Positions 26,226-34,894 of a stretch of DNA of 34,894 nucleotides are shown piece by piece. Numbering within the stretch: position 1 is the first letter of the stretch; every line of letters starts with the position of its first letter. The translations under genes were made by a program, and so were the position numbers. The notes under the pieces are model-generated. The model saw nothing but the letters and a program-made list of their open reading frames with translations, searched no databases and was not told the origin of the DNA. Origin of the DNA: an archaeon (GTDB lineage: Archaea; Iainarchaeota; Iainarchaeia; Iainarchaeales; 0-14-0-20-34-12); NCBI GenBank assembly GCA_038046645.1, contig JBBSVU010000002.1:1-34894 (forward strand), given 5' to 3'.

Positions 26226-27263
26226 ATGGCTGCGCGGGTTAGGAGACTTTACAAGAGCAGGGCAAGAAATAAAACAGACCTTGAGCGATTTAGGGATTTT
26301 ATCAGGAAAAAAAGATTAAAGCCAAAACTGCTAGGCACTAATTCAAAACAAAGAAAAATAGGTCTTTTAGGAAGGGTTGAGAGGGCTGTCAACATCAAGT
26401 TGCATAGGCAGAAGCAGGACCGGCAGGCATTGCTAAGGCGCATGCATAAAGAAGCATTGCGTGAGGAAAAGACAGAACAACGAAGAAGGTCTTTAGTGCG
26501 TTCTTTGTCCGACAGGTCTCAATTTGCTGAATGGTTCAACTGGTTTAGCTTGAAAGAATCTGAAAGAAAATCTGCGCAATTAACCTTTAACCAGAAAAAT
26601 GCCCTTGTGAGCAAGGAAGGCAATGTGATTTATGACGGCAGGCTTCATTTTATTGACCCTAAAACAAATAAAAGAATTGTGAAAAGAGTGGCAATAAAGA
26701 CTTTTAAAAATCAGTTGGATGATGCCAAAGCAGCAAGGTATCAGCAGATTATATCCGAGTTAGTAATGGCTGGTGTCGCAATACCTAAAATGGGAATGAT
26801 GCGCGCAATAAATCCTGTTACTGGAAAGGAAGAATGGGTGCAGGTATCCCAGATGTTTGGTTCTGTAAAGAATAGCAAGGTTAGGTATGCTGAATCATTA
26901 AAAGAAATATTAAATACAGGAAAAACACCCGAAATAGTTGATTTTGCAAAAACATATGCGAGCCTCTTGAATAAAGGATATGCCGTACCGGCAGGTATGA
27001 TAAGGCATCTTAGCACTGCCTTAGGTATGGAAACAATTCCTTTTGATATTGATATGCTGTATGAGCAAAGGTTTGAACATCCATTAGCAAAGCCTCTTGC
27101 AGATGTTGTGGCTGAAACCATACACCCCTTTAGGAATGCCCCTGCAATAAATAAAGTAAAATATGATTTCTTTGTTGAAATGCTGCTTAAGAGAATAAAA
27201 GACCCTTTTTTGCAGCTTGAATTGAGAAAAAAAATTGTTATCCTAATTGAATTATATCCTTAA
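26226..27263 (+). CDS. Hypothetical protein with Arg/Lys-rich N-terminus and a possible degenerate kinase-like domain
   Basis: 345 aa. RVAIKTF and GVAIPKMG resemble a kinase N-lobe; no canonical HxDxxxxN. Confidence 0.65.
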   Translation: MAARVRRLYKSRARNKTDLERFRDFIRKKRLKPKLLGTNSKQRKIGLLGRVERAVNIKLHRQKQDRQALLRRMHKEALREEKTEQRRRSLVRSLSDRSQFAEWFNWFSLKESERKSAQLTFNQKNALVSKEGNVIYDGRLHFIDPKTNKRIVKRVAIKTFKNQLDDAKAARYQQIISELVMAGVAIPKMGMMRAINPVTGKEEWVQVSQMFGSVKNSKVRYAESLKEILNTGKTPEIVDFAKTYASLLNKGYAVPAGMIRHLSTALGMETIPFDIDMLYEQRFEHPLAKPLADVVAETIHPFRNAPAINKVKYDFFVEMLLKRIKDPFLQLELRKKIVILIELYP

Positions 27264-27428
27264 AAATTCCCATTCAGCCCAAACAAAAAAGAATAATACA
27301 ATAAAACCTATCAAAGTAAAAAGTCCTCCTGAAATTATTGGGAAACCCAAGCCAAATAATGCGCTGAAGAGAATATACAAAACTGTTGTAATGCACAAAC
27401 TTTTTATTATTCTATTTATAATTGTCAT
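27252..27428 (-). CDS. 58-aa two-TM membrane protein (missed by the ORF track)
   Basis: MTIINRIIKSLCITTVLYILFSALFGLGFPIISGGLFTLIGFIVLFFFVWAEWEFLRI*; ATGA overlap with the upstream gene's stop. Confidence 0.65.
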   Translation of the reverse strand: MTIINRIIKSLCITTVLYILFSALFGLGFPIISGGLFTLIGFIVLFFFVWAEWEFLRI

Positions 27429-27799
27429 ATTATTCCCCCAATAAATAAGTTGTAAAGAATTAATGGGATAAAAAATGCCAATTCATTCAATTTAATCAAA
27501 TGCGGCCTTAATTTAGGATCTTCATCTGCCGCAATCCAAACAGCCATTTTGCAGATATAAAATAAAAGTAAAAATCCGCCGACAAATGTTACCAACCCCA
27601 TGAGAGTTAATGCCTCATCCATTGCCCAGACATATATGAAAAAAAATGCCGCTGATGGAATCGCTTTCTTCATTTTGAACTGGAATAATATTGCAAAAGG
27701 CGCCAATATCATAAATGCAATAAGAATATTGCCCCTGAATAATTCAACAAACCATGCAACATTCAAATTCAGAAGATTATAAATGAATTCAATAAACAT
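27425..27799 (-). CDS. Hypothetical membrane protein
   Basis: 124 aa, ~4 hydrophobic segments. Confidence 0.7.
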   Translation of the reverse strand: MFIEFIYNLLNLNVAWFVELFRGNILIAFMILAPFAILFQFKMKKAIPSAAFFFIYVWAMDEALTLMGLVTFVGGFLLLFYICKMAVWIAADEDPKLRPHLIKLNELAFFIPLILYNLFIGGII

Positions 27800-27908
27800 T
27801 TTTATCAGCTCGATAAATAATACTGCACATAGGTTATTGTTAAAACCTTTAATCTATTTTTTTGCATAAACGCAATATTTATATACTTTTATTGCATTAA
27901 TTAACAAT

Positions 27909-28889
27909 ATGGTCCAAATAGATTTGAAAGATAGGAAAATACTGGCTGAGCTTGATTTGAATGCAAGGATGCCTTTTTCTCAGCTGGCAAAAAATGTTGG
28001 ATTATCAAGGCAGGTTGTTGAATACAGAATAGATCGAATGAAGAAAGAAGGAATGATCTTTGGTGCAAAAGCTATTTTTGATTCTGTAAAAGCAGGCTTT
28101 AATTGGTATAGGATAGCATTTAGACTCCTAAATATTTCTGAAAAGGAAAAAAATGAATTTATTCAATATCTGAAAAATAATGAATATGTTTTTTGGTTGG
28201 GCGAGGTAGGGGGCAATTGGGATATCGTTGTGAATTTTATCTGCAAGGATAATTTCAAATTTAATGGATTATTTGAAGAAATTATTGAAAAATATGGCGC
28301 AAAAATAAGGGATTATGAAATTCTGATTTACATTAATGTTTGTGATTTTAATAGAGCATATCTTCTGCCAGAGAAAAAAGGAAGAAATGAATTTTTCCAT
28401 GAGATGAAATATGATTCAGAAATCAAAATTGATGAAGTTGACATAAAAATTATTTCTGAATTAAGCGAAGATGCCTGGCAAACAAATATTGAACTAGCAA
28501 AAAAACTGAATTTAGCACCAAATACAATAAAAAACAGGATTGATTCTATGATGAAATCAAAATTATTGCTCGGATTTAGACTTTTTATAAATCCTTCAGC
28601 TTTAGGCTATAAATCACATATGCTTTTCTTGGAAATAAACAAATTAGATTTGGAAAAAGAGAAAGAATTGCACAATTATCTCGAATCTATCCCGAACATC
28701 ACGTTTGTTGTGAAGCATATTGGAAAATGGAGAATTGGTTTAGAAATTGAGACTAAAGATGAGAAAGAATTTCAGGATATTTTTGTAAATATTCGCGGGA
28801 AATTCAGTGATATTATCACTAATTTTGAATTATTCCCGCTTTTTAGGGACCACAAGATAAATTATTTTCCAGAAGGGAATTTGAAATAA
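27909..28889 (+). CDS. Tandem (double) Lrp/AsnC-family transcriptional regulator
   Basis: Two HTH+RAM units: DLKDRKILAELDLNARMPFSQLAK and DEVDIKIISELSEDAWQTNIELAK. Confidence 0.9.
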   Translation: MVQIDLKDRKILAELDLNARMPFSQLAKNVGLSRQVVEYRIDRMKKEGMIFGAKAIFDSVKAGFNWYRIAFRLLNISEKEKNEFIQYLKNNEYVFWLGEVGGNWDIVVNFICKDNFKFNGLFEEIIEKYGAKIRDYEILIYINVCDFNRAYLLPEKKGRNEFFHEMKYDSEIKIDEVDIKIISELSEDAWQTNIELAKKLNLAPNTIKNRIDSMMKSKLLLGFRLFINPSALGYKSHMLFLEINKLDLEKEKELHNYLESIPNITFVVKHIGKWRIGLEIETKDEKEFQDIFVNIRGKFSDIITNFELFPLFRDHKINYFPEGNLK

Positions 28890-28947
28890 TTTTTAAGGGC
28901 ATTTGGCAATAAATATATTTTAAACCACCATTAGCCTAATTATAATC

Positions 28948-29097
28948 ATGTCAATAAAACCAATATGCGACAAGTGCAAAAAAGAGCTTACTGCTTTCGG
29001 GGCTATTTTACTCAGCCCGCCAAACAAGAAAAGCATGGTTAAGAAATTTCATTTGTGCAAAAAATGTTATTCTCAGCTTGCGGGATGTCTGAACTAA
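28948..29097 (+). CDS. 49-aa C4 Zn-finger protein (missed by the ORF track)
   Basis: MSIKPICDKCKKELTAFGAILLSPPNKKSMVKKFHLCKKCYSQLAGCLN*; TTTAAA box ~28 nt upstream. Confidence 0.7.
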   Translation: MSIKPICDKCKKELTAFGAILLSPPNKKSMVKKFHLCKKCYSQLAGCLN

Positions 29098-29122
29098 GTA
29101 AAATAAACCCTTAAGCCTATGC

Positions 29123-30184
29123 TCATTTTTCTACAATCATAGCCATCTTTGCGAATGCTTTTTCAAGTATCTCTTCTTCCTGATTTATGCTTATCCTTAT
29201 GAACTGCTTGAAATTGCCGAATGCCAGGCCAGGGGCAATTGCAACCCCCTCATTTAGAAGTTCCCTGTAAAAATGCCTGCTATCTTCTATGTTCCTATGC
29301 TTTGCAAACAGGTATATTCCTGATTCAGGTTCGGAAAATTCAAATCCATTTTTCCTCATCACCTTTGATGCAAAAAGCATGCGCTTGTGCCATATGTCCC
29401 AGTGTTTCTTTAATATCTCAGATTCATTTTCAAGGCAGGCCAATCCGGCTTTTTGCACGAATTCAGGCACACATGCGATGCACATATGGTTGAAGTCAAT
29501 CATTTTATTTACAATTTCTTTTGGCGCAATCGCATAGCCTAATCTGTAGCCTTCCATATTGAATTCTTTTGAGAATGATCTCACTCTGATGGCATTCTCA
29601 TAATTAGGGATTTTTTTAAAGGCCAACGCTTTATACGCTTCATCAAGTATTACAGTCAATCCCGACTCATTCGCATCATCAATTGTTTTTTTAAGTAAGT
29701 TTTCATTATATACTGTGCTAGTAGGATTTAAAGGATTGCAAAGGATGAGCATTTTTTCATCCTTAAATTCAAGCCCGTCAAAAGACCATTTTTTATCGAG
29801 CGATGTTTCTATAATTTTTGCCTCTAATCCTAAATGCCAGGCATTTAACCCATAAGTAGGCCATGTAGGTTCGGGGATGATTATGCTATCCCCTTTTTTC
29901 AATAACATGCTCATAAGGCCGAAAATAATTTCTTTTGAACCAGTGCCAACAATCACATTGTCTATGCTGCAGTTTTCCCTTTCGGCAATTTTTGTCCTTA
30001 ATTCCTTAAGGCCCGCAGCAAAGGAATAACCAGCATCGCTTGTTTTTAAGTGGGTTATTGCTGCTTCAATGCCACATTCAGGCACAGGCATGTTTGTCTC
30101 CCCCAGATTTAGGCTTATTATTTTTTTGCCGCTATTCTTTAGCCTGAAAACCTCTTCAGCAACTTCATACAGCAACTTATTCAT
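29123..30184 (-). CDS. Class I/II PLP aminotransferase (aromatic/aspartate type)
   Basis: NLGET, NPLNPT, DEAY, SFSKEFNMEGYRLGY; last gene of the aro/phe/tyr operon. Confidence 0.9.
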   Translation of the reverse strand: MNKLLYEVAEEVFRLKNSGKKIISLNLGETNMPVPECGIEAAITHLKTSDAGYSFAAGLKELRTKIAERENCSIDNVIVGTGSKEIIFGLMSMLLKKGDSIIIPEPTWPTYGLNAWHLGLEAKIIETSLDKKWSFDGLEFKDEKMLILCNPLNPTSTVYNENLLKKTIDDANESGLTVILDEAYKALAFKKIPNYENAIRVRSFSKEFNMEGYRLGYAIAPKEIVNKMIDFNHMCIACVPEFVQKAGLACLENESEILKKHWDIWHKRMLFASKVMRKNGFEFSEPESGIYLFAKHRNIEDSRHFYRELLNEGVAIAPGLAFGNFKQFIRISINQEEEILEKAFAKMAMIVEK

Positions 30185-30953
30185 TTAGATTACCCCTTAA
30201 TTTCCTAAGCACTTCTTTCATCTCTTCATATTCCCTTGCGTTTATCACGTGTTTTAGAAATTCTAATTGTGCCGTTATCTTATTAAGTTGTTCGACCGAA
30301 TATGGGTTGAATAGAATTTCTGAAAGCAGGTTATCATCTTCAGATAATAATCCCTTTGCAATCTTTTTGTGCCTTGCAAATGTTGTCCCTGGCACTACCT
30401 TTGAAGTAACACATCCAGAAAAAACCATTGAAGAGATAAAAGGCAAGGTTAGGGAATATGCCATCATGCGGTCATGTTCATCAAAAGTGTACTCAAATAC
30501 ATTTAACCCATATTGCATAAAAAAATTCCTGAAAAATTCCTTTCCCTTTTCGTCAGATTCTTTTATTATAACTATATTCTCCTCTTTTAATGAATCCATA
30601 TCTGCGAAGGTAGGGCCGAACATAGGGTGCAAAGAAACAAATCTAAACCCGGATTTAACATAGAATGCCGGGATTTCTCCCTTTACTGATGCAACATCGC
30701 AAATAATGCATGTTTTTGAAATGTAATTTACTGATTCTTCGAATGCTTTTAATGTATTTTGCAAGGTTACCGCATTTATCAATAACTCCGGGTTAAACGA
30801 TTCCAATTCTGAAAGACTTGAAAGCACCTTTACGTTTTCAATTTCATTTATTTTTCCTTTATCGAGGTCATAGACTGCAATTTTATTTTCCTTTTTTAAT
30901 TCCCTTGCTAGCCAAGAGCCCATATGGCCTATCCCTAAAATTGCAATTTTCAT
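30177..30953 (-). CDS. tyrA: Prephenate/arogenate dehydrogenase
   Basis: GIGHMG Rossmann motif, DVASVK, HPMFGP, EHDRMMA. Confidence 0.92.
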   Translation of the reverse strand: MKIAILGIGHMGSWLARELKKENKIAVYDLDKGKINEIENVKVLSSLSELESFNPELLINAVTLQNTLKAFEESVNYISKTCIICDVASVKGEIPAFYVKSGFRFVSLHPMFGPTFADMDSLKEENIVIIKESDEKGKEFFRNFFMQYGLNVFEYTFDEHDRMMAYSLTLPFISSMVFSGCVTSKVVPGTTFARHKKIAKGLLSEDDNLLSEILFNPYSVEQLNKITAQLEFLKHVINAREYEEMKEVLRKLRGNLNE

Positions 30954-30987
30954 CTTATCACCCCAAGTTCGATCTTACCCGATTTGC

Positions 30988-32031
30988 TCATTTGTAACAA
31001 CCCAAAATATTCAACATTATTGTCTCCTTTTTTACTTTTTCTAATGCGTTGATAATTTTACCATCTTTGTCTGAACCCTCAAAATCAAGCAAGAATGCAT
31101 ACTTTCCAGGGTCATTTCTTATAGGCCTAGATTCAATCCTTGTGAGATTGATATTTTCATCAGAAAATATTTTTAATACTCCAAATAATGCCCCTGCTTT
31201 GTGCGCTGTCTTGAAAGCAATCGAACATTTCCCCCCAGTAGAACTTTTATCCCTGGCAATCACCAAAAAACGCGTGGAATTTGATGCATTATCCTCTATA
31301 TTTTCTTTCAATATCTCTAAATTATAAAGCTCAGCAGACAATCTGCTTGCAATAACTGCTATATTTTCCTGCTTTGTCTGCGAAAGCATTCTTGCAGCCC
31401 CTGCAGTGTCGTAAAAAGGCCTTGGCTCCAGCTTATTTCTCGAAAGGAAATTCCTGCATTGCGCTAAAGCCTGAGGATGGGAATACACTACCTTGATATT
31501 TCTGTAGTCTGATTCCGGCAGAATAAGAAGGCAGTGATGAATAGGCACACTTACCTCGCCAATTATTTTCAAGTCTGTTTCAACAAGCAAATCATTTACT
31601 TCGTTTACTGATCCTTCAATTGAATTTTCCACAGGGACTATTCCAAAATCAAAAAATCCGGTCTTTACCCCCTCAAAAATCTCGGGAAATTCATTGCACG
31701 GGATATTCACATTAGAATTATCATATATTCTTGAAGCCATTTCGCTGTATGCGCCGTGTTCTCCCTGAAATCCTATTAATTTCAGTCCTTTCTTCTGTAC
31801 CTTTACGCTTTCATCAATTATCCGGCTAAAAAGATTTTCAATAAAAGAATTATCAAGAAGGCTTCCTTTCACATTCTTTGCATTTTCCACCACTTTTTTT
31901 TCCCTTGCAGAATCTTTTATCTCTTCCTTGAATTTTTTGGCCCTTAATGAAAGCTCCATTCTTTCATTTAGCAGTTTCAATAATTCAAGGTCTATAGAAT
32001 CAATCTTCTTCCTTGTTGAATCCAAATTCAT
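30988..32031 (-). CDS. pheA: Chorismate mutase/prephenate dehydratase (P-protein)
   Basis: RKKIDSID...ER (CM), FQGEHGAYSE, PVENSIEG, SHPQALAQC, NSTRF, NLTRIESRP. Confidence 0.95.
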   Translation of the reverse strand: MNLDSTRKKIDSIDLELLKLLNERMELSLRAKKFKEEIKDSAREKKVVENAKNVKGSLLDNSFIENLFSRIIDESVKVQKKGLKLIGFQGEHGAYSEMASRIYDNSNVNIPCNEFPEIFEGVKTGFFDFGIVPVENSIEGSVNEVNDLLVETDLKIIGEVSVPIHHCLLILPESDYRNIKVVYSHPQALAQCRNFLSRNKLEPRPFYDTAGAARMLSQTKQENIAVIASRLSAELYNLEILKENIEDNASNSTRFLVIARDKSSTGGKCSIAFKTAHKAGALFGVLKIFSDENINLTRIESRPIRNDPGKYAFLLDFEGSDKDGKIINALEKVKKETIMLNILGCYK

Positions 32032-33035
32032 TTTTTCACCTTGGTTTTTGGCATATTTTGGTAAATATCATTTATTAGCTTTAAATCTGCAAAAACTATG
32101 GCAGTTATTGCCTCTAGAATAACCGGAATTCTCAATGCAATGCATGAATCATGCCTGCCCTCTATTTTAATCTCAGTTACTTTTCCGGTTTTAAGGTCTA
32201 TTGTTTTTTGTTCTCTCAAGATGCTTGACGTTGGCTTTACTGCAACCCTGAATATTAGCTCATTCCCATTTGTAATGCCGCCATTTATCCCTCCGGCATT
32301 ATTTGTTTTGGTTTTTCCTTCAGCATTAATTATTTCATCATTGCATTCATGCCCTTGCATTTCTGCAGATTTGAAACCAGAACCGAACTCAATCCCCTTT
32401 ATTGCAGGTATTGAAAATGCCGCATGGCTTAATGATGATTCAACAGAATCGAAAAATGGTTCTCCTAAACCAATAGGCAAGTTTTTTGTTCTGCACTCAA
32501 CTACCCCGCCAACAGAATCATTTTCGGCAATTGCTTTATCTAATGCCTTTTGAATGTCTTTTGTGCCTCCTACTTCAATTACTTTAGCATTTATTTCAAT
32601 GCCCCGGAGTAATTTCTTTGCGATTACTCCTGCAATTACCAGGCAAGCGGTTAATCTTCCGGAGAAATGCCCTCCTCCCCTATAATCATTAAACCCGTGG
32701 AATTTCTTGAATGCGGTAAAATCAGCATGCCCGGGCCTTGGAGTATCTTTCAATTTTTCGTATTTGCTAGAATCAATATCCATATTCTCAATCAAAATCA
32801 TAATTGGGGCACCAGTTGTTTTTCCCTTAAATATGCCACTTTTTATCTTTGGCATATCTTCTTCTTTTCTTGCTGTTGTGCCTTTCTGCCCGCTTTTTCT
32901 TTTTTCCAATTTTTCAATTAAATCATTTTCAGTTAATGGAATGCCCGCGGGACATCCATCAATAACTATTCCAATACATTCACCATGTGATTCACCAAAA
33001 ATGTTTATCCTAAATAATCTTCCAAAAGAATTCAT
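32028..33035 (-). CDS. aroC: Chorismate synthase
   Basis: GESHG, RPGHAD, GGGHFSGR, GGINGGITNG, KPTSS, GRHD. Confidence 0.97.
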   Translation of the reverse strand: MNSFGRLFRINIFGESHGECIGIVIDGCPAGIPLTENDLIEKLEKRKSGQKGTTARKEEDMPKIKSGIFKGKTTGAPIMILIENMDIDSSKYEKLKDTPRPGHADFTAFKKFHGFNDYRGGGHFSGRLTACLVIAGVIAKKLLRGIEINAKVIEVGGTKDIQKALDKAIAENDSVGGVVECRTKNLPIGLGEPFFDSVESSLSHAAFSIPAIKGIEFGSGFKSAEMQGHECNDEIINAEGKTKTNNAGGINGGITNGNELIFRVAVKPTSSILREQKTIDLKTGKVTEIKIEGRHDSCIALRIPVILEAITAIVFADLKLINDIYQNMPKTKVKK

Positions 33036-34297
33036 AAAACATCAGCCCCAATCTTTTTTAAATCATCAAAAAATTCAGGATAAGATTTTGAAATGCATTT
33101 TTCGCCAATTATCCTAACCCCATTTTCAGAAGTTAAGCCAGCAATCGAGCAGGCCATTGCTATCCTGTGGTCGTTATGGGAATCTGCTTTTGCGAAATGC
33201 ATTCCGCTCTGTTTAATCTCAGCATGATTTTCAAATACATTTATTTTTGCACCCATTTTTTTCAACTCTTGTGCCAAAATAAATGCCCTATTGCTTTCCT
33301 TATGCCTTAATCTTTCAATGCCCATAATCTTGCTTTTGCCCCTGCAATTGCACGCTAAAACAGCTAGTGCCGGGAAAAGATCAGGGCAATTTGAAATATC
33401 AAATTCAAATGCCTGAAGATTGTTTTTTTCAACAACAACCGAATTTTTCTTTATCTCAAGCAAAGCACCTGCGCATTTTAATGCCGCAAGAATTGATCTG
33501 TCCGCTTGTTCGCTATCCTTATTAAGGCCTTTCAATTCCACCTTTCCTGCGATTGCACCCGCAACAAGCAAGAATGCAGCGCTTGACCAATCATTTTCTA
33601 TTTCAAATTCGCATGGTTTGTATTTCTGATTTCCGGCCACACGAATCTCTTCCAGATTTTTATCTGCATTAACCTTAATCCCAAACTTATTCAATACCCT
33701 AATTGTCATATTAACATAAGGTTTGCTTTTTAGGTTTGAAATAGCAATTTCTGAATCATTTTCACATAATGGCAAAGCCATTAACAAGCCAGTTAGAAAT
33801 TGCGAGCTTATTGAACCATCTACTCCAATATTGCCGCCTTTTATCGGCCCTTTAATTTCAATAGGCGGGAATCCGTTTTTAGCAATGCATTTTGTTGCCC
33901 CAAGCAAAGTAAGCGGTTTTTCAATCATGCCAACCGGCCTTGAAAGCAAAGAACCCTTTCCAGTAATAATAATTTCTTTGTCAAACAGCGCGGCAATCGG
34001 GGAAAACATGCGCACGCATAACCCTGATTCCTGGCAATCTAGCCTTAATTTTTCTGAAGTTAAATTTTCTTTAATATTAATGCCCCTAATTTCAACTTTT
34101 TTGGGTGTTTTATTTATCTTTGCGCCGAATTTTTTTGCAATTCCCAAGGCAGCAAGGGAATCATCACAAAAAGATGGATTCCTTATGGCAGATATGCCTT
34201 CGGCTAGCATAGAGGCTGCAACAGCCCTTTGCATGAGGCTTTTTGAAGGCCTTGCTTCAACCGAACCATTAATTTTGCTTGGTTTTATTAATTTCAT
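33032..34297 (-). CDS. aroA: EPSP synthase
   Basis: SKSLMQR, ESGLCVR, SSQFLTGLL, LRHKESNR, DHRIAM, KSYPEF. Confidence 0.96.
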   Translation of the reverse strand: MKLIKPSKINGSVEARPSKSLMQRAVAASMLAEGISAIRNPSFCDDSLAALGIAKKFGAKINKTPKKVEIRGINIKENLTSEKLRLDCQESGLCVRMFSPIAALFDKEIIITGKGSLLSRPVGMIEKPLTLLGATKCIAKNGFPPIEIKGPIKGGNIGVDGSISSQFLTGLLMALPLCENDSEIAISNLKSKPYVNMTIRVLNKFGIKVNADKNLEEIRVAGNQKYKPCEFEIENDWSSAAFLLVAGAIAGKVELKGLNKDSEQADRSILAALKCAGALLEIKKNSVVVEKNNLQAFEFDISNCPDLFPALAVLACNCRGKSKIMGIERLRHKESNRAFILAQELKKMGAKINVFENHAEIKQSGMHFAKADSHNDHRIAMACSIAGLTSENGVRIIGEKCISKSYPEFFDDLKKIGADVL

Positions 34298-34894
34298 CCA
34301 AAATCACTTTTGCTATTTCTTCCGGCTTTTTCTTATTTGAATTTACTAAAAAATCACAGGCATTTGCATATTTTCAAATCCTTTCTGAAAGCAATTCCTT
34401 AATCTTCTTTTTTTTATCAGCAACATTGAGCAAAGGCCTTGCATTTCCCTTAACCCTCTTTAAAATTGTTTCAGGATTAGCCCATAACCATGCCACAATT
34501 GAATTGCTTTTCAACAGATTCACATTTTTATCATTAAGTACAATGCCGCCACCGCAGGAACATACCCTATTTTTGCCTTTGATTATTCTCTTCAGTTCTT
34601 TTGCCTCAAGTTCCCTGAATTTTTTCTCACCAAATTTCCCAAATATTTCTTTTATGGGCATTCCAGCATTTTTTTCAATGTTCTCATCAATATCCACATT
34701 TTCCATTTTATTTTTTTTGGCAATTTCTTTCGCAACAGCTGATTTACCGGTTCCCATAAAGCCAATTAAGGAAATATTTTTCATTATTCTCGCATTGCCT
34801 TTTGTGCTAAAAATTGCATTTCTCATTTTTTTTATAGGGGCTTTTTTTCCGCTGAATATTTCAAATGCCTCTGCTCCCTGAAACAACAACCATT
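34269..34894 (-). CDS. aroE-aroK: C-terminus of shikimate dehydrogenase fused in frame to a bacterial-type P-loop shikimate kinase; in-frame TGA at 34376-34374; truncated by the window end
   Basis: WLLFQGAEAFEIFSG (AroE C-terminus) runs into MKNISLIGFMGTGKS...FRELE...CGGG...RPLL. After the TGA the frame continues KYANACDFLVNSNKKKPEEIAKVILDEI...* (TAA 34271-34269). Confidence 0.85.

Noticed and set aside
34374..34376. Genome-wide TGA reassignment suggested by the in-frame TGA in aroK
   Set aside because: TGA ends several genes at their expected C-termini (suhB, hisF, aroC, aroA), and Trp is encoded by TGG.
244..34881. Many 60-205 aa ORFs antisense to or overlapping recognised genes (e.g. 33723..34340, 34279..34881, 20619..21071)
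   Set aside because: Shadow ORFs on the opposite strand of well-supported genes, with no recognisable motifs.

Overview
AT-rich archaeal chromosomal segment. The archaeal call rests on an A1-U72 tRNA-Gln, TATA-like promoters, GGTGA-type SD motifs and a tandem Lrp/AsnC regulator; a DPANN-type lineage such as Diapherotrites is inference only. Left to right: the 3' end of an IS200/IS605 TnpB element with its right end, a HAD hydrolase, a DUF4258/Zn-ribbon-AbrB toxin-antitoxin pair, a ~2.1 kb tandem duplication that copies the rocD 3' end plus an Arg-rich orphan gene around an AAA+ ATPase, rocD, regulators and a transporter, suhB, tRNA-Gln, and a cysteine-hydrolase/kinase fusion. Next come a complete his operon (hisG-D-C/HAD-B-H-F-A/I/E), an AbrB-ACT regulator, glycerate kinase, yggS, trxB, an intein-containing class II RNR, several small unannotated ORFs (SWIB-like, Zn-finger) and an aromatic amino-acid operon (aroE-aroK, aroA, aroC, pheA, tyrA, aminotransferase). 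The most striking observation is in the hisG leader. It holds two identical UGU-CUU-CAU-C motifs placed so that successive +1 ribosomal frameshifts at histidine codons lead from short upstream ORFs into the HisG frame. The operon is also almost stripped of His residues (12 in ~2240 aa). Together these suggest a histidine-starvation-sensing frameshift switch. No searches were run; all calls come from motif recognition and manual translation.
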